A model generated the notes under the pieces. It did no database searches. It was not told the origin of the DNA and was given only the letters and a program-made list of their open reading frames with translations. Position numbers and translations under genes: made by a program. Source: Candidatus Bathyarchaeia archaeon (GTDB lineage Archaea > Thermoproteota > Bathyarchaeia > Bathyarchaeales > Bathycorpusculaceae). Taken from it: a stretch of 64,000 bases of DNA. This document shows positions 40,236 through 49,399 of this stretch, one piece after another; position 1 is the first letter of the stretch; every line of letters begins with the position of its first letter. The stretch is from positions 1 through 64,000 of the forward strand of contig JBEKGO010000004.1 of the NCBI GenBank assembly GCA_050012755.1, in the 5' to 3' direction.

Positions 40236-41325
40236 AGAATTCACAGTAACCACTTTCGGCGAAAGCCACGGTAAAATTGTCGGCGTAGTCGTCGATGGAT
40301 GCCCAGCGGGATTGCCTCTTTCTGAAGCTGACATTCAAATAGACTTAGATAGGCGTATTCCAGCGGAGCCAAAAATTGTTTCAGGACGAATTGAGAAAGA
40401 CACCGCCAAAATATTGTCAGGAATTTTTAACGGTTTTACCACTGGCGCCCCAATTGCTATGACGGTTGAGAATCGGGAGGTTGACTCAAGCGATTACGAA
40501 GCAATCAAGGATTTGCCCCGACCAGGGCACTCAGATTACCCAGCTGGCGTAAAATATGGTGGCTTTCAGGATTATCGAGGTGGCGGGCGCTTCTCAGGGA
40601 GAGTTACAGTGGCGCTCATCATGGCTGGAGCGGTAGCAAAAAAACTGCTTAGCCGATTTGATGTTGACGTGTTAGCGTACACTACAGCAATTGGCCAAGT
40701 CAAAACTGACAAAAAGTTTAGTGCAGAAGAAATCCGAAAGAACAGGTACTCAGCGTCCACGCGGTGTCCCGACTTTGCCTGTGCAGAAAAAATGGAGCAA
40801 GCCATTGTGGAGGCTAGGAGAGAAGGCGAAAGTGTTGGCGGAATAGTTGAATGTATGGCGTTAAATGTTCCAGTCGGGGTTGGAGAACCAATGTTTGACT
40901 CGCTTGACGCTGATTTAGCGAAAGCGTTGTTTAATGTTCCCGCTGTAAAAGCAGTTGAGTTCGGGTTAGGTTTTGAGATTGCAGAATTAAAAGGTTCTGA
41001 AAGTAATGATACGTTTATCATGCAAAGCGGAAAAGTCGCTACTTCAACGGAAAATATGGGCGGAATCCTGGGCGGCTTATCCAATGGTATGCCCATTATA
41101 ATGCGGATAGCAATTAAACCGACGCCTTCAATTGGCAAAGAGCAGAAAACCGTTAACCTTTCAACTATGAAAGCTGCTGGTCTGAGTGTTAAGGGAAAGC
41201 ATGATCCCTGTGTTGTTCCAAAAGCCGTACCAGCTGTGGAAGCTGCGGTCGCAGTGACTTTAGCTGACCATATGATTCGAGCGGGCTTTATACCGAAAGT
41301 TCTGGAGAGACAGAAAAATGGATGA
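40210..41325 (+). CDS. aroC: Chorismate synthase
   Basis: FGESHG, PRPGHSD, RGGGRFSGR, KPTPSI, GKHDPC. Confidence 0.96.
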   Translation: MLAGNSIGKEFTVTTFGESHGKIVGVVVDGCPAGLPLSEADIQIDLDRRIPAEPKIVSGRIEKDTAKILSGIFNGFTTGAPIAMTVENREVDSSDYEAIKDLPRPGHSDYPAGVKYGGFQDYRGGGRFSGRVTVALIMAGAVAKKLLSRFDVDVLAYTTAIGQVKTDKKFSAEEIRKNRYSASTRCPDFACAEKMEQAIVEARREGESVGGIVECMALNVPVGVGEPMFDSLDADLAKALFNVPAVKAVEFGLGFEIAELKGSESNDTFIMQSGKVATSTENMGGILGGLSNGMPIIMRIAIKPTPSIGKEQKTVNLSTMKAAGLSVKGKHDPCVVPKAVPAVEAAVAVTLADHMIRAGFIPKVLERQKNG

Positions 41326-41578
41326 AATCCAACAATTACGAAAAAAAGTTGATGAAATTGACGAGCAAATCATAACTGCCCTACGCGAAAGAACGAAAAC
41401 ATGTAGCGCCATTGGATTTATTAAGAAAAAGAAGGGCTTACCGGTAAGGGACGTTGCCCGAGAAAACGAGGTTTTTAAACGGATGAATGAAAAAGCTCTA
41501 GAATTTCACCTTAATCCCTTGCAAGTTGAAGCAGTTTACCGCGAAATAGTTAATATGTGCAGTGCTATTCAGGAGTAA
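41318..41578 (+). CDS. Chorismate mutase (AroQ type)
   Basis: LRKKVDEIDEQII..RER..IG..K..RE. Confidence 0.9.
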   Translation: MDEIQQLRKKVDEIDEQIITALRERTKTCSAIGFIKKKKGLPVRDVARENEVFKRMNEKALEFHLNPLQVEAVYREIVNMCSAIQE

Positions 41579-42686
41579 AAAAAGAACTTCAGCGGAAGTA
41601 ACCTCTGTGCTTTACGAAATAAATGAGAAGGCCATAAGGCTCGAAAACCAAGGAAAAAAGATAATACGCTTAAACCTAGGTGACCCTGACTTAGCTACGC
41701 CTAACGAAATAATTGAGGCAGCTTATGCTTCGATGAAGGCGGGCAAAACAAAATATTCCTCCGCCTACGGCGAGAGCAAACTTCGACAAAAGCTTGCCGA
41801 ACTTCACGGCGTTAAAACTGAAAACGTTGTTATTACCCCTGGTTCAAAATGGGGTGTTTTCGCCACCATGTATCTCATGATGAAGGGAGGAGGAAACGTT
41901 ATCATCCCTACTCCTTACTGGACAGCTTACGATTTGATCGCTAAAAGTCTCGGCGCCGAGACTAAACTGCTTAGGACAGAGATGGAAGGCGGGTGGAAAG
42001 TTGACCTTGAAAAACTCGAAGACACTATTGACAAGAATACTCGAATGATAATACTTAACAATCCAAATAATCCCACGAGCAAAGTTATTGATCCTGCAAC
42101 TCTCGATGGCATAGTGGAAATTGCAAACAAGAAAGGCGTTACCATTCTTTCAGATGAGGTTTACGGAACAATCAGTTTCGTTAAAACCAAAAGCATCCTA
42201 GAATATGACGGCGACCACACCCATATTCTAACCACCGGTTTCTCCAAAACATTTAGTATGACAGGCTGGAGAATCGGCTACATAATTGCAAACAAAAAAC
42301 TCATCGATAACATAACTAAACTCAACCAAATAACCATCAACAACGTGCCCGTTTTCATTCAAGAAGCAGCTTTGAAAGGGTTGGAATTGCAAAAACAGCT
42401 TGCGACAAAAATAAAAGAAGAATATGAACAGCGTGCGAAGTTGGCAAGTAAGACTTTGGCTAAAGCAGGTTTCTCATTTACAAAACCTGAGGCGCCATTC
42501 TACGTTTTTCCAAAACGTTCCGGCTTAGACTCGGAAAAATTCACCTTGGACTTGCTAGACAAAGGCGTTGCAATAGCTCCAGGCACATCATTTGGGGACT
42601 ACAGAGAGCATTTCCGTATCTCATTAACTGCTCCAAGAGACGAAATCAAAACTGGTCTTGATATAATTGGCGAGGCTTTGAAATGA
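41562..42686 (+). CDS. Class I/II aminotransferase (aromatic/aspartate)
   Basis: NNPNNPT, SDEVY, SKTFSMTGWRIG. Confidence 0.92.
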   Translation: MLFRSKKRTSAEVTSVLYEINEKAIRLENQGKKIIRLNLGDPDLATPNEIIEAAYASMKAGKTKYSSAYGESKLRQKLAELHGVKTENVVITPGSKWGVFATMYLMMKGGGNVIIPTPYWTAYDLIAKSLGAETKLLRTEMEGGWKVDLEKLEDTIDKNTRMIILNNPNNPTSKVIDPATLDGIVEIANKKGVTILSDEVYGTISFVKTKSILEYDGDHTHILTTGFSKTFSMTGWRIGYIIANKKLIDNITKLNQITINNVPVFIQEAALKGLELQKQLATKIKEEYEQRAKLASKTLAKAGFSFTKPEAPFYVFPKRSGLDSEKFTLDLLDKGVAIAPGTSFGDYREHFRISLTAPRDEIKTGLDIIGEALK

Positions 42687-43558
42687 AAATCGCCGTAATT
42701 GGCGCAGGCAAAATGGGTATATGGTTTGCTAAATTCCTCCAATTAAAAGGCTACGATGTAACGTTAGCTGACAGAAAAAAAGAAAAAATTGCAAATTTAA
42801 AAAAGGAACTATCGGTTAAGACGACCACTGATTTTAAAGCTGCCGTTGCAAACGTTGACCAAATTCTAATCTGCGTATCAATCAGCGCCATGAAAGAGGT
42901 AGTCAAAACCATTGCTCCAGCACTTCACAAAGGACAAGTTGTCATGGATATCTGCTCCATCAAAGAATCACCAGTAAGACTCATGCATGAAAACATCAAG
43001 GCTGCCTTAGTTTTAGGCACTCATCCAGTTTTCGGTCCAGGCAGCAATGGCGTCAAACACAAAGCCTACATCTTGACCCCAACCAACCCAGCGGAAGAAA
43101 AGTTTGCAGAAGAGTTCAAAAAGTGGTTGGAACAAGAGGAAGCACATGTCTTTGTCATGTCTCCAAAGAAGCATGATGAGCTAATGTCAGTTGTTTTGGG
43201 TCTGCCGCATTTTATTGGCTTGGTCGCTTGTGAAACGCTTCTAGAACAGAAAGATTTTCCCGAAACAAAAAAGGTGGCGGGCACCACTTATCGAATGCTG
43301 TTTACGCTTGCTGAAGCAACGGCACTGGAAACACCCGACCTGTACGCAAACCTTCAGACAAGCTTGCCTAAGCTGGGAAAAATTGAAGACCAATTCATGG
43401 TTAAAGCACAAGAATGGCTGAACCTGATTAAGAACAAGGATTCAGATGCAATCGTAAAACATATGGAACAGCTGAAGAAAAAATTGGCGGCTACTGACGG
43501 TGACTTTGCCAAATCTTACGAAGTCATGTATAAAATGCTAGAATCCACAGAAAAATAA
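42683..43558 (+). CDS. tyrA: Prephenate dehydrogenase
   Basis: GAGKMG, DICSIK, HPVFGP, HDELMS..LPH. Confidence 0.92.
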   Translation: MKIAVIGAGKMGIWFAKFLQLKGYDVTLADRKKEKIANLKKELSVKTTTDFKAAVANVDQILICVSISAMKEVVKTIAPALHKGQVVMDICSIKESPVRLMHENIKAALVLGTHPVFGPGSNGVKHKAYILTPTNPAEEKFAEEFKKWLEQEEAHVFVMSPKKHDELMSVVLGLPHFIGLVACETLLEQKDFPETKKVAGTTYRMLFTLAEATALETPDLYANLQTSLPKLGKIEDQFMVKAQEWLNLIKNKDSDAIVKHMEQLKKKLAATDGDFAKSYEVMYKMLESTEK

Positions 43559-43640
43559 GCAACAGAAAAACTCAAGTAATCATATTGCTTGAAATAGTGT
43601 GAGTTGTTTTTCATGGAATGGAAAAAAGCTGAAATAAAAT

Positions 43641-44456
43641 CTAGATTGTTTTAGGGTATGAACCTAAGATTTTGACAAAAATCGCGTATTTCTCAAGAGC
43701 TGTTAATGCCTCGCAACATTTAGCTTCGCTTCGGTGTCCCTCAAAGTCTAGGTAAAAATTATATTCCCATGCTGTTTTTTTTGTTGGTCTGGATTCGATT
43801 TTTGTCAGGTTGATGTTTCGTTTGGCGAATTCTCCGAGTGCATGGTAGAGTGAGCCTGGCTCATGTTTGGCTGAGAAGATTATGCTGGTTTTGTCTTTGC
43901 CTGTAGGTGCCGCGTCTTCTGTGTATAACACAAAGAAGCGGGTGTAGTTTTCAAGGTTATCTGCAATGTCCTTGGCGAGGATGTGCATGCCGTAAATGTT
44001 TGCTGCTCTTTCACTGGCGATTGCGGCGGCGTTTTTGAGGTTTTTTTCCTTGATCATTTTAACGCTGCCAGCGGTGTCGTAGGTGGGTATGAGTTCGCGT
44101 CCAAAATCTTCAAGGAAGCTTCGGCATTGCCCAAGAGCTTGTGGATGCGAATAAACCATTTTTATGTCTTCCAAAGATGTGCCGGGGTTTGCGATGAGGC
44201 AATGTTCAATTTTGAAAATTACTTCAGCGCAGACTTTTAAATCATAACGTAGAAAAAGGTCATAATTCTGAGGCACGCTGCCTTCTAAGCTGTTCTCAAT
44301 TGGAACAATGCCAAATTGGGTTTTTTGTGTGCATACGCTGTCAAAAACATCCTTGAAGTCTTTGCAGGGATTGACTTTGGTTTTTGCGCCGAAGAATTGG
44401 AAGGCTGCGCCTTCGCTGTATGCGCCTGGTTCGCCTTGGAAGGCTACGGTTTTCAC
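43641..44456 (-). CDS. pheA: Prephenate dehydratase
   Basis: PIENSLEG, SHPQALGQC, NYTRF, IESRP, LGSYP. Confidence 0.96.
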   Translation of the reverse strand: MKTVAFQGEPGAYSEGAAFQFFGAKTKVNPCKDFKDVFDSVCTQKTQFGIVPIENSLEGSVPQNYDLFLRYDLKVCAEVIFKIEHCLIANPGTSLEDIKMVYSHPQALGQCRSFLEDFGRELIPTYDTAGSVKMIKEKNLKNAAAIASERAANIYGMHILAKDIADNLENYTRFFVLYTEDAAPTGKDKTSIIFSAKHEPGSLYHALGEFAKRNINLTKIESRPTKKTAWEYNFYLDFEGHRSEAKCCEALTALEKYAIFVKILGSYPKTI

Positions 44457-45976
44457 TTTTTGTTTCCCTGCGTATGATTCTTTATCAGCAGCTTGTTTAT
44501 ACCGTTTATCATTGCTTCAACGCTTGCCATTACTATGTCTTCTCTGGCTGCGCGTGCGGAAACGATGTTGCCTTTTTCGTCTTCGACTTTTATGACGACT
44601 TCTGCGACTGCATTTGAGCCACCTGTGATGGCTTCAAGTCGATACTCACTTAGCCGTATGTTTTCTAGGTTGTTGGTTAATTTCTGTATGGCTTTTAGAA
44701 CTGCGTCAACTGGCCCTACTCCAGTTTCGGCGGCGATGTATTCTTTTCCGTTTAAGGTTAGTCTGACTGAGGCTGTTGGGATTACTTTGATGCCAGTTAC
44801 GACTGCCAAGTCGCACAAGTCAACGATTTTTTCTTCGCCGATTACTTGACCCATAACAGAGGAAGTTAACGCCAGCAAATCGGCATCCGTTACCATCTTA
44901 CCCTTGTCGCCTAATTCTTTGACCCGCTTCACAATCTCTTTTAGCTGCTCCTCAGATGCGTGAATGCCTATTTCTTCCAGTTCTGCTTTGATTCCTCGCG
45001 TTCCCGCCAACTTTCCCGCAACCAATTTTCTTGTGCGGCCAACCAATTCGGGTTTTATCGGCTCAAAAGTTAACGGCTTCTCAGTAACACCGCGAGTGTG
45101 AATTCCTGATTCATGGGCAAAAGCGTTTTCGCCTACAATTGCCTTGTTTGCCTGTACCGCTATACCAGTTAATGAAGCAACCAAACGCGACGTGCTGTAC
45201 AGTAATCGGGTGTTTACTCCTGTCTTGTACTTGTAGATTTCATGTAACGCCATAACTACTTCTTCCAACGAAGCATTTCCAGCGCGCTCACCTAAGCCGT
45301 TAACGGCAACGTGAACCTGAGAGGCGCCGGCTTCGATAGCGGCTAATGAGTTGGCAACTGCCAAGCCGAAGTCATCATGGCAATGAGTGCTTATCGGAAC
45401 CTTAACTACCGTTCTTAGTTCCTCAATTAGCTTGATGGTTGTTTTGGGAATCATTATACCTACGGTGTCTGGTACGTTTAGGCTGTCCATGCCTGCTTTT
45501 TCGGCGGCTTGACACACCTGTTTCAGAAAGGGCATTTCAGAGCGTGTAGCATCCATGGGTGAAAACTCACATTTCAACCCGTGTTTTTTCACGTATTCTA
45601 TAGAATCCACAGTGGAAGACAATACTTGTTGGGGTGTTAAGTTTACTGCATATTTCATTTGGACAGTCGATGTTGGAATGAAAACGTGTACTAGGCCAAC
45701 GTCGCAGTCGATTGCTGCATCAATATCGCCTTTTGTTGCTCGGGATAAAGCGCAGATTTCAGAGGTTAAGCCTGCTTTTGCTATGTCTTTGACTACTTTT
45801 TTTTCGCCTTCGGAAGAACTGGGAAAACCGGCTTCGATTGTGTCGACTCCTAACTTGTTTAGTTGGAGTGCGATCTCCATCTTATCATCTGAAGTTAAAG
45901 AAACTCCAGGGGTCTGTTCTCCATCTCTTAGTGTTGTGTCAAAAATTCGGATACGTCTTGAGGTTTTACCTGTCAT
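44453..45976 (-). CDS. leuA: 2-isopropylmalate synthase / citramalate synthase family
   Basis: DTTLRDGEQ, HCHDDFG, GERAGN, HESGIH, regulatory domain GPVDA. Confidence 0.88.
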   Translation of the reverse strand: MTGKTSRRIRIFDTTLRDGEQTPGVSLTSDDKMEIALQLNKLGVDTIEAGFPSSSEGEKKVVKDIAKAGLTSEICALSRATKGDIDAAIDCDVGLVHVFIPTSTVQMKYAVNLTPQQVLSSTVDSIEYVKKHGLKCEFSPMDATRSEMPFLKQVCQAAEKAGMDSLNVPDTVGIMIPKTTIKLIEELRTVVKVPISTHCHDDFGLAVANSLAAIEAGASQVHVAVNGLGERAGNASLEEVVMALHEIYKYKTGVNTRLLYSTSRLVASLTGIAVQANKAIVGENAFAHESGIHTRGVTEKPLTFEPIKPELVGRTRKLVAGKLAGTRGIKAELEEIGIHASEEQLKEIVKRVKELGDKGKMVTDADLLALTSSVMGQVIGEEKIVDLCDLAVVTGIKVIPTASVRLTLNGKEYIAAETGVGPVDAVLKAIQKLTNNLENIRLSEYRLEAITGGSNAVAEVVIKVEDEKGNIVSARAAREDIVMASVEAMINGINKLLIKNHTQGNKK

Positions 45977-45980
45977 TTTT

Positions 45981-47018
45981 TCAACCAGTTTTCGCAGTTA
46001 AAGCTGCAGCAATGGCTTCTGCCATTCCAACCGTCGTGGTTTTGCCGCCGCAGTCTGGAACAGATTGACGATTACTCAGAGCATACACTACCCCATTCTC
46101 TATTGCGCTACCTGCTTGTAAGCATTTTTTGTCGTTGTATTTTTCACCCAACCACTCCAGCATCATCTTTGCAGATAATATCATTGAGATTGGGTTCGCA
46201 GTGTGTTTTCCTGCCCTGTTTGGTGCTGAACCATGGATAGGTTCGAAAAGCGCAAAGTTGTCGCCAACGTTAGCGCCTGGAGCCATGCCTAAGCCGCCGA
46301 TTTGCTGAGCTGCTTCATCTGAGAGAATATCACCGAACATGTTGCATGTGCAGAAGACATCAAACACCTGTGGTTCCTTTATCAGACGCATAGATGCTGC
46401 ATCAACATATAACTCGTCAAAGGCGATGTCTGGGTACCGTTTCGCTGTTTCACGGCATACACTTGCGAATAATCCGTCGGTCACTCGCATAACGTTGGCT
46501 TTGTGTATAGCGGTTACCTTCTTTTTGCCGTTGCGTAAACGGGCAATCTCGAAGGCTTTCTTGGCTATGCGTTCACAATTTCCTCTGGTGATAACCCGCA
46601 TGCATACGGTTGTATCGTTGCCTATCGTAAATTCTAAGCCTTTGTAAACGTCCTCGGTGTTTTCCCGAACAAACATCATGTCAATGTCTGGTCTTGCAAC
46701 AGGAACGTTGGGATAAGCTTTCAAAGGACGCAGATTAGCATATAAATCGAACATTACTCTGAGCTTTACTATGACGTCAGCTGCGGTTTCGCCTACTGGT
46801 CCTTTTAGGCAGGCATGGGATTGTTTGATTTTTTGCACTGTGTCTTCTGGTAGTGCGGCGCCTCTTTTAGCTAGGGTCGCATCGCCAGCCTCTGCCTCGA
46901 TAATTTGCAGTTTTACTCCGAATTTTTTCTGTGCGGAATCTAAGACTTTTAGGGTGGCTTCGGTTAATTCTGGTCCGATGCCGTCGCCTGGGATTAAAGA
47001 TATTTTGTATTCTGTCAT
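45981..47018 (-). CDS. leuB: 3-isopropylmalate dehydrogenase family
   Basis: GDGIGPE, RENTE, NMFGDILSDEAA, EPIHGSAP. Confidence 0.88.
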   Translation of the reverse strand: MTEYKISLIPGDGIGPELTEATLKVLDSAQKKFGVKLQIIEAEAGDATLAKRGAALPEDTVQKIKQSHACLKGPVGETAADVIVKLRVMFDLYANLRPLKAYPNVPVARPDIDMMFVRENTEDVYKGLEFTIGNDTTVCMRVITRGNCERIAKKAFEIARLRNGKKKVTAIHKANVMRVTDGLFASVCRETAKRYPDIAFDELYVDAASMRLIKEPQVFDVFCTCNMFGDILSDEAAQQIGGLGMAPGANVGDNFALFEPIHGSAPNRAGKHTANPISMILSAKMMLEWLGEKYNDKKCLQAGSAIENGVVYALSNRQSVPDCGGKTTTVGMAEAIAAALTAKTG

Positions 47019-47518
47019 TTTTTGTTTATTCTCCTTCGTAAGTTTTCGATTAATCCGCCGTCTACCAATATTTCGATGATGAATGGTGGTAGCTTGTCTA
47101 CTTGAAACTTTTTGCCTTTTGAAACATTTTCTATCTTGCCCACCTCAAAATCCACGGCTAATTCATCGCCTGTTTCAACCGCTGCTGATATCCCCTTACA
47201 CTCGATCACTGGCAAGCCAATGTTTATTGCGTTTCGGAAGAAGATTCGAGCGAAAGATTCGGCTAAAACGCATTTTACGCCTGCATATTTCAGGGCTAAA
47301 GGAGCTTGTTCTCGGCTTGAACCGCAACCAAAGTTTTTGCCCACAACTATGATTACGCCTTTTTTTGCTTTTTCAGGAAACACGGGGTCTAAACCTGCCA
47401 AAGCGTGTTTAGCTAACTCGTAAGGGTCAACCAACGTCATATATTGTCCAGGCAGAATAACGTCTGTGTCAACGTTGTTTCCTAATTTTATGGCTGGTCC
47501 TTTGATTTTCATGTTCAT
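47015..47518 (-). CDS. leuD: 3-isopropylmalate dehydratase small subunit
   Basis: VDTDVILP, NFGCGSSREQA, FARIFFRNAINIG. Confidence 0.92.
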   Translation of the reverse strand: MNMKIKGPAIKLGNNVDTDVILPGQYMTLVDPYELAKHALAGLDPVFPEKAKKGVIIVVGKNFGCGSSREQAPLALKYAGVKCVLAESFARIFFRNAINIGLPVIECKGISAAVETGDELAVDFEVGKIENVSKGKKFQVDKLPPFIIEILVDGGLIENLRRRINKK

Positions 47519-48783
47519 GCTTTTGCCTCCAGAGTTCTTGGGTCAGTGATTTTTCCTGTCACAGCTGAAGCGGCTACCGTTGCTGGAGACGCTAGGTATA
47601 CGCTGGCTTGGGTGCTGCCCATTCTTCCAATAAAGTTTCTGTTTGAAGTGCTGACACATGCTTCGCCTGCTGCCAGCAACCCTATGTGTCCGCCTAAGCA
47701 CGGACCGCACGCTGAACCGCACACTATTGCGCCAGAATCAGTGAAAATTTCCAGTAAACCTTCGTTTAATGCCTGCTTGTAAACTTCCTGGGACGCTGGA
47801 ATAACTAATGCTCTAACGCCGTCTTTCACGTGTTTGCCTTTTATGACTTGGGCAGCTAAGCGTAGGTCTTCGATTCTGCCATTGGTGCATGAACCAATAA
47901 ACGCCTGTTCGATTGGAACGTTGCCTACTTTTGAAACGGGCTTTACATTGTCAACTGATGATGGACAAGCTATTTGTGGCTCCATCTTTGAAACATCAAA
48001 TTCGACGGTTCGCGCGTAATGGGCGTCTTTATCGCTTTTCAATGCGTCAAAATCGGGTAATGTTTTTACTCTGCCATCCAAAAATTTACGAGTTATTTCA
48101 TCTGGTTCGATGATGCCGTTTTTGGCGCCCATTTCCACAGCCATGTTACACAGAGTCATTCTTCCCGCTATGCTCATGGCCTTTATTGTTGGACCTGTGA
48201 ATTCTGCGGCTTCGTATATGGCACCGTCGACACACATTCGACCAATTATTGATAAGATTAAATCTTTTGGAGTAACAAAGTTTGGAAACTGACCAGTTAC
48301 GTTTATTTTTACTGTTTCCGGCACTTTCAACCAGATTTTTCCAGTGGCAAAAACCGCTGCTGCTTCGGTTGAACCTATGCCTGTGGCGAAAGCGCCGAAG
48401 GCTCCATAAGTGCAAGTATGCGAATCAGCGCCTACAATTACTGTACCTGGAACTACATGTCCTTTTTCAGGCATAACTTGATGGCAAATTCCGCCTCTCC
48501 CAATATCATATAAGCGCAGTTTTTGGTCTTTGGCGAATTGACGCATAGTCTTATGCAGTTCAGCCGCCTTAACCGATTCAGCTGGAACCTGATGGTCCAG
48601 TATTACCACTGCTTTTTGGTTATCCCAAACTTTTTGTACGCCTATTTTTTTAAAGGCTTCGACAGCTAGAGGTCCAGTTAAATCGTGCACCATTATCATG
48701 TCTACTTTTGCAGACACAATTTCGCCTGGGTGCACAACATCTTTTCCTGAAGCTTTAGCCAAGATTCTTTCTGTAATGTTCAT
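47515..48783 (-). CDS. leuC: 3-isopropylmalate dehydratase large subunit
   Basis: GADSHTCT, GSCTNGR, CGPCLG, NRNF.GRMG. Confidence 0.92.
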   Translation of the reverse strand: MNITERILAKASGKDVVHPGEIVSAKVDMIMVHDLTGPLAVEAFKKIGVQKVWDNQKAVVILDHQVPAESVKAAELHKTMRQFAKDQKLRLYDIGRGGICHQVMPEKGHVVPGTVIVGADSHTCTYGAFGAFATGIGSTEAAAVFATGKIWLKVPETVKINVTGQFPNFVTPKDLILSIIGRMCVDGAIYEAAEFTGPTIKAMSIAGRMTLCNMAVEMGAKNGIIEPDEITRKFLDGRVKTLPDFDALKSDKDAHYARTVEFDVSKMEPQIACPSSVDNVKPVSKVGNVPIEQAFIGSCTNGRIEDLRLAAQVIKGKHVKDGVRALVIPASQEVYKQALNEGLLEIFTDSGAIVCGSACGPCLGGHIGLLAAGEACVSTSNRNFIGRMGSTQASVYLASPATVAASAVTGKITDPRTLEAKA

Positions 48784-48831
48784 TGTTCGTTCTCTCTTTT
48801 ACAATAATTACTTTGAGGAATACATCATAAA

Positions 48832-48855
48832 CGGTTTCTCATTTTTGAGAAACCG
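48832..48855. promoter_or_regulatory. Perfect inverted repeat between ilvN and leuC
   Basis: CGGTTTCTCA-TTTT-TGAGAAACCG. Confidence 0.55.
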
Positions 48856-48886
48856 AAAGTTAAGCGTTTCCGTTCAAAGAAACGAT

Positions 48887-49399
48887 TTATTCGTCTATTC
48901 TTACTGTTTTTGCTCCTCTTGCCAACGCAGTGATGCCTGTTCTTGCAAGCTCAATGACACCGTGTGTTTTCATTAGGTTTAGGAATGCGTCTAATTTGTC
49001 TGGGGTTCCTGTAATCTCAACGGTTAAGCTGTCCATTGACACGTCTATGATTCGTCCTCTGAAGACTTCTACGCAGTTTATAATGTCTGAACGTTCTTTA
49101 GGTGTTGGCACGTTAACTTTTATTAAAGCTAATTCCCGCATGACAAAGTGTCCCGGCTCTAACTCCTCTACTTTTAGCACATCAATCAGTTTTGCTAGTT
49201 GCTTAACGACTTGTTCAAGTGTTTTTTCGTCGCCATTTACCGTGATTGTCATGCGTGCAACTTCGCTGTTTTGGCTTGGTCCAACTGTGATGCTTTCAAT
49301 GTTGAAGTTTCTGCGTCTAAATAAGTTAGATACGCCATGGAGAACACCGGGCTTATTTTCAACCAGCACAGAAATTGTTTTTGTTTGTCCTGTTTCCAT
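48887..49399 (-). CDS. ilvN: Acetolactate synthase small subunit
   Basis: VENKPGVL..LFRRRNFNIESITVG, ELARTG. Confidence 0.95.
   Translation of the reverse strand: METGQTKTISVLVENKPGVLHGVSNLFRRRNFNIESITVGPSQNSEVARMTITVNGDEKTLEQVVKQLAKLIDVLKVEELEPGHFVMRELALIKVNVPTPKERSDIINCVEVFRGRIIDVSMDSLTVEITGTPDKLDAFLNLMKTHGVIELARTGITALARGAKTVRIDE

Noticed and set aside
48784-48886. Possible Leu leader peptide before leuC
   Set aside because: Only tiny uORFs (MMYSSK, MRNRL) with no Leu enrichment.
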